A stretch of 64,000 bases of DNA, taken from Candidatus Poribacteria bacterium (GTDB lineage: Bacteria; Poribacteria; WGA-4E; WGA-3G). Made by a program: the position numbers and the translations under genes. Below the pieces are notes generated by a model. That model ran no database searches, was not told where the DNA came from, and saw only the letters and a program-made list of their open reading frames with translations. Below are positions 60,697 to 64,000 of this stretch, in pieces. The stretch spans positions 4,896,001-4,960,000 of the forward strand of contig OZ243938.1 of the NCBI GenBank assembly GCA_965214095.1, given 5' to 3'. How positions within the stretch are numbered: the first letter of the stretch is position 1; every line of letters begins with the position of its first letter.

Positions 60697-60948
60697 TTAG
60701 TAATTCAAGTCGTGAAGTGCGGTTATGAAGGTTTTACGCTACAAATTCCGCATCATTATTAAGGCAAAACCCTCCAATGTAATATGTAAGCAATGTTAGA
60801 ATAGTGAGATAGTTCAACCTGACAAACAAAACTATAAGTGTATACAGGAAACATTTTAGATTATATCTCGTTAGTGACCATAGATCATCATTGTTGTTTA
60901 GTATTCTGTATAAAAAGATAATTGCAAACCAATTTTAGGAGAACAACT

Positions 60949-62262
60949 ATGCCCCAAAGAGACTGCACAAGCACAGACTGCGAAGGTTTTTATCGCAGAG
61001 ACCTTATAAAGGCTGGTGTCCTCGGATTTTTTGGGTTAGGTCTTACAGACTATTTTCGTCTTAAGGCTGATGCACAACCCACTGCTAAACCCGCATCTGC
61101 CAAATCGGTTATTCTTGTCTGGTTAGGTGGCGGTCCAAGTCATCTTGATATGTGGGACCTCAAACCCAATGCACCTGAAGAGATACGTGGTCTGTTCAAA
61201 CCTATTAATACAAACGCCAACGGTATTCAGATTAGTGAACACATGCCAAGGTTGGCAAAACAAGCAGATAAAATGTGTATTGTCCGTTCAATGACATCTC
61301 CTGAAGCTGCACATGAACGCGGCACACATTATATGATCACAGGTTATCAACCATTACCCGGCTTTGCTGTTCCTGGACACGGTTCAGTCGTTGCAGAACT
61401 GAAAGAACAAAGAAGTGCTTTGCCACCTTACATCGCTATTCCCTCACCTGTTGCTTATGCAGGTGGTGGATTCTTAGGTGCATCGCTTGATCCGTTTTCG
61501 CCGGATGGCAACCCTGCCAGCAATAATTTCAAAGTGCGTGATTTACAACCACCGAAAGGTGTCACTTTTGAACGCGTCGAAAATCGGAAGAACTTGCGTC
61601 AAGCAGTTGACAATGCATTCAAGAAATATGAAGCAGGAAATCCGAAGGTTGAAGCAATGGACAACTTCTATAGTGCTGCATACAACCTTATGAGTTCTAA
61701 AGATGCCCGCGCCGCATTTAATCTCTCAAAAGAACCGAAAGAGATGCGCGATGCATATCGACGGGACACTTTCGGACAAAGCTGCCTCCTTGCAAGAAGA
61801 CTCGTTGAAGCTGGTGTTAACTTCGTCACTGTCAGTAACGGTGGTTGGGATAATCATAACAATATCTTCTCCTCACTACCGGGGAAACTCAATGCATTTG
61901 ACCAGACAATGGCAACGCTAATCAATGACCTGTCTCAACGTGGTATGCTTGATAGTACCTTAGTTCTTGCTATGGGTGAGTTCGGTAGAACACCCGTTGT
62001 CAACCGAAATGGTGGACGTGATCATCACTCACGCGTATTCTCAATTATGTTAGCCGGTGGTGGTGTTCAAGGTGGACAGGTAATCGGTGCTTCCGATCCA
62101 TTCGGTATGGAACCTGCTGAAACACCAGTCCGACCCGAAGACTTGTCTGCTACAATCTATCAGAGTCTCGGTATTGACTATAATCAGAGCATTGAATCGC
62201 CTGATGGTGTCCGAATTGTCCTATCACGGGGCGGACGTCCAATCCGAGGTGTCTTGGCTTAG
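60949..62262 (+). CDS. DUF1501 domain protein
   Basis: RRDL Tat-like leader, GGPSHLDMWDLKP, LLARRLVEAGV, WDNH, GEFGRTP, RDH. Confidence 0.93.
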   Translation: MPQRDCTSTDCEGFYRRDLIKAGVLGFFGLGLTDYFRLKADAQPTAKPASAKSVILVWLGGGPSHLDMWDLKPNAPEEIRGLFKPINTNANGIQISEHMPRLAKQADKMCIVRSMTSPEAAHERGTHYMITGYQPLPGFAVPGHGSVVAELKEQRSALPPYIAIPSPVAYAGGGFLGASLDPFSPDGNPASNNFKVRDLQPPKGVTFERVENRKNLRQAVDNAFKKYEAGNPKVEAMDNFYSAAYNLMSSKDARAAFNLSKEPKEMRDAYRRDTFGQSCLLARRLVEAGVNFVTVSNGGWDNHNNIFSSLPGKLNAFDQTMATLINDLSQRGMLDSTLVLAMGEFGRTPVVNRNGGRDHHSRVFSIMLAGGGVQGGQVIGASDPFGMEPAETPVRPEDLSATIYQSLGIDYNQSIESPDGVRIVLSRGGRPIRGVLA

Positions 62263-62284
62263 TCAGTATAAGCATTCATCTATC

Positions 62285-62324
62285 ATAGCGCGGGGTTAAC
62301 GTTGAGTTGTTAACCTCACGCTAT
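62285..62324. terminator. Stem-loop after the DUF1501 gene
   Basis: ATAGCGCGGGGTTAAC...GTTAACCTCACGCTAT. Confidence 0.45.
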
Positions 62325-62458
62325 CTGCTGCTAACTGAGGTTGGGACGTTTTCGCTTGACTTGTAGTAGCATGACTTATGTGTTTCCTACCATATTCCTC
62401 TGCTATTTTCTCATCATTGCTGTCCCTACCTCTACAAACTTAATATTGAGTCGTAAAC

Positions 62459-63508
62459 ATGATTATCCGCAAATATATAGCAATCTCTTTATTCACAGTA
62501 CTAATACTGGGTGTTTTTGTTTTACTTGGAAATTTCCTCCAAGCGGATGAACATCCACAAGTAAAAGAGGAAACCTTATCACCTATCTGGGCACTTGAAT
62601 TTACCCCAGATGGTAAATCTATTGCGGTTGGCAAATATCAGTGGGTGGAACTCTGGGATTTAGAGACACAGAAAATGACCCACGCCTATGAACCGCATGC
62701 CGGCAGAGTCAGATGTATACAGTTTTCTACAGATGGTAAAGTATTGTACGCAAGTGGTGGTCAACCCGCACAAAACGGAGAAATCCGTATGTGGGATGTT
62801 GCCACAGAAGAACTCATCAACACGTTTGAAATTCACGCTGATACCATTGAATCAATAGCCATTAGTCCAAATAATGGGAAATTACTCACCGCAAGTATGG
62901 ATGAATACAGTGCAGTGATTGATATTGACAATCTTGATGATGACATTCCCTTAGACGACCAAGCAAAATGGCTAACACAGCACGTCGGTAGAGTGCTATC
63001 TACCCTCTATCATCCAAACGGAAACTATTTCGTCACTGGAAGCGAGGACAAAACCCTAAAAGTATGGGATCCTGAAACCTATACGGTGCTTGTCAGTTTT
63101 GATGGAAATGATGATGCAGTTTATTCACTTGCTTATGGAACGCGCACAGAACAAATTGTTTCGGGTTCTGCTGATAACACAGTCCGTGCCTGGCGTGTAA
63201 CGCAAGACAACAACGGTAATACACGAGGTGCAGCTGTTCGGACATTCAATGGACATCAAGGTGCTGTTTATAGTGTAGATAGCGGTGTATGGAACAACCA
63301 AGAAGTTATAGCATCCGGCAGTGCAGATTCAACCGTAATTATCTGGGATATTCTTTCTGGAAACCGTAGAAGGACCTTCAATGAACCTACAGATGCTGTT
63401 TATGCTGTCCAGATGAGTCCTGACGGCACACATGTTGCTGCTGGAAGCCGAGATGGTAAAGTAAGAATCTGGAATATCCAAGATAATGAATTAACCCACG
63501 AATTTTAA
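62459..63508 (+). CDS. Exported WD40 repeat protein
   Basis: Signal peptide and about seven WD repeats. Confidence 0.9.
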   Translation: MIIRKYIAISLFTVLILGVFVLLGNFLQADEHPQVKEETLSPIWALEFTPDGKSIAVGKYQWVELWDLETQKMTHAYEPHAGRVRCIQFSTDGKVLYASGGQPAQNGEIRMWDVATEELINTFEIHADTIESIAISPNNGKLLTASMDEYSAVIDIDNLDDDIPLDDQAKWLTQHVGRVLSTLYHPNGNYFVTGSEDKTLKVWDPETYTVLVSFDGNDDAVYSLAYGTRTEQIVSGSADNTVRAWRVTQDNNGNTRGAAVRTFNGHQGAVYSVDSGVWNNQEVIASGSADSTVIIWDILSGNRRRTFNEPTDAVYAVQMSPDGTHVAAGSRDGKVRIWNIQDNELTHEF

Positions 63509-63566
63509 TGTCATAATTGTGGGAGGAATTGTAAATGAATTCCACCCCTTTTGGAGGTACTATTCG

Positions 63567-64000
63567 ATGCGTGCCAATAATAAAAGTAAATACTCATATT
63601 CAAATCAACGTCTCGATTTACTATCAAGGTGGGGTTTAAAATATATACCGCTTGTGTGTATTCTTTTTTTGATGTATACACCAATTTCACTCTTTGCACA
63701 AGCCACACCACGTCTCAATTCTCTCTTTCCCGCAGGAGCACAAGTTGGAAAAAAGGTTGAAGTCAAAATACAAGGTTCCGATCTTGACGGTGCACATACT
63801 CTTATCGTTGAAGGTGATCCTGGCATTAAAGGTATACTCAACGTCGGTGGTGGTGAAGTTGATGAAACACATAAACCCGTTTTTGAATCGAATTGTGGAC
63901 AGTGTCATGAATTGCGTTCTCCAAGTAACCGTTCCATGACAGGAACACAGTGGGAAGCTGTTGTCAAACGCATGGTTCGGGATAAGGGAGCAGAAATCGG
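63567..64000 (+). CDS. Exported PPC-like protein with a c-type heme motif (truncated by window end)
   Basis: Not in the ORF track. GGAGGT RBS, ATG 63567, open to the end: signal peptide, PRLNSLFPAGAQVGKKVEVKIQG, CGQCH at 63894-63908. Confidence 0.8.
   Translation, partial: MRANNKSKYSYSNQRLDLLSRWGLKYIPLVCILFLMYTPISLFAQATPRLNSLFPAGAQVGKKVEVKIQGSDLDGAHTLIVEGDPGIKGILNVGGGEVDETHKPVFESNCGQCHELRSPSNRSMTGTQWEAVVKRMVRDKGAEI

Noticed and set aside
60700-60940. Known riboswitch in the DUF1501 leader
   Set aside because: The GGCAAAAC stretch lacks the rest of the c-di-GMP-I consensus, and I recognised no other family by eye.
1-64000. Genome-wide TGA reassignment (code 4 or 25) as the explanation for the in-frame TGAs
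   Set aside because: TGA ends several complete genes (6856, 8001, 51672, 52743, 55245), and both internal TGAs fall on redox Cys/Sec positions.

Overview
A gene-dense bacterial chromosomal window, most likely Candidatus Poribacteria or a relative. This is inferred from LamG proteins ending in a TWGxIK motif, many WD40 proteins, PhyH, Uma2, DUF1501 and repeated Gfo/Idh/MocA genes. It carries housekeeping genes (a tandem-duplicated uvrA, uvrB, recD2, thrC, class A PBP, waaF, a PFK, msrA) and many sugar/amine catabolic genes. Two genes that the ORF track splits are better read through an in-frame TGA at a redox Cys position, each followed by a SECIS-like hairpin. One is a GrdB/PrdB-like UxxC selenoprotein (25303-26037). 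The other, the most striking signal here, is an archaeal-type geranylgeranyl reductase (4642-5835) whose conserved PxRC(A/G)EG cysteine codon is TGA and which lies next to a ferredoxin. Intergenic regions hold several different MITE-like shells, each carrying GTAG-type REP hairpins; one shell has a 9-bp TSD and occurs both with and without its hairpin cargo. Candidate defence loci are DarT plus a DarT-DarG fusion, a frameshifted Swt1-like HEPN protein, and an Rpn gene with an internal start. I saw no rRNA, tRNA or CRISPR array. All family calls come from motif recognition by eye, not database searches.
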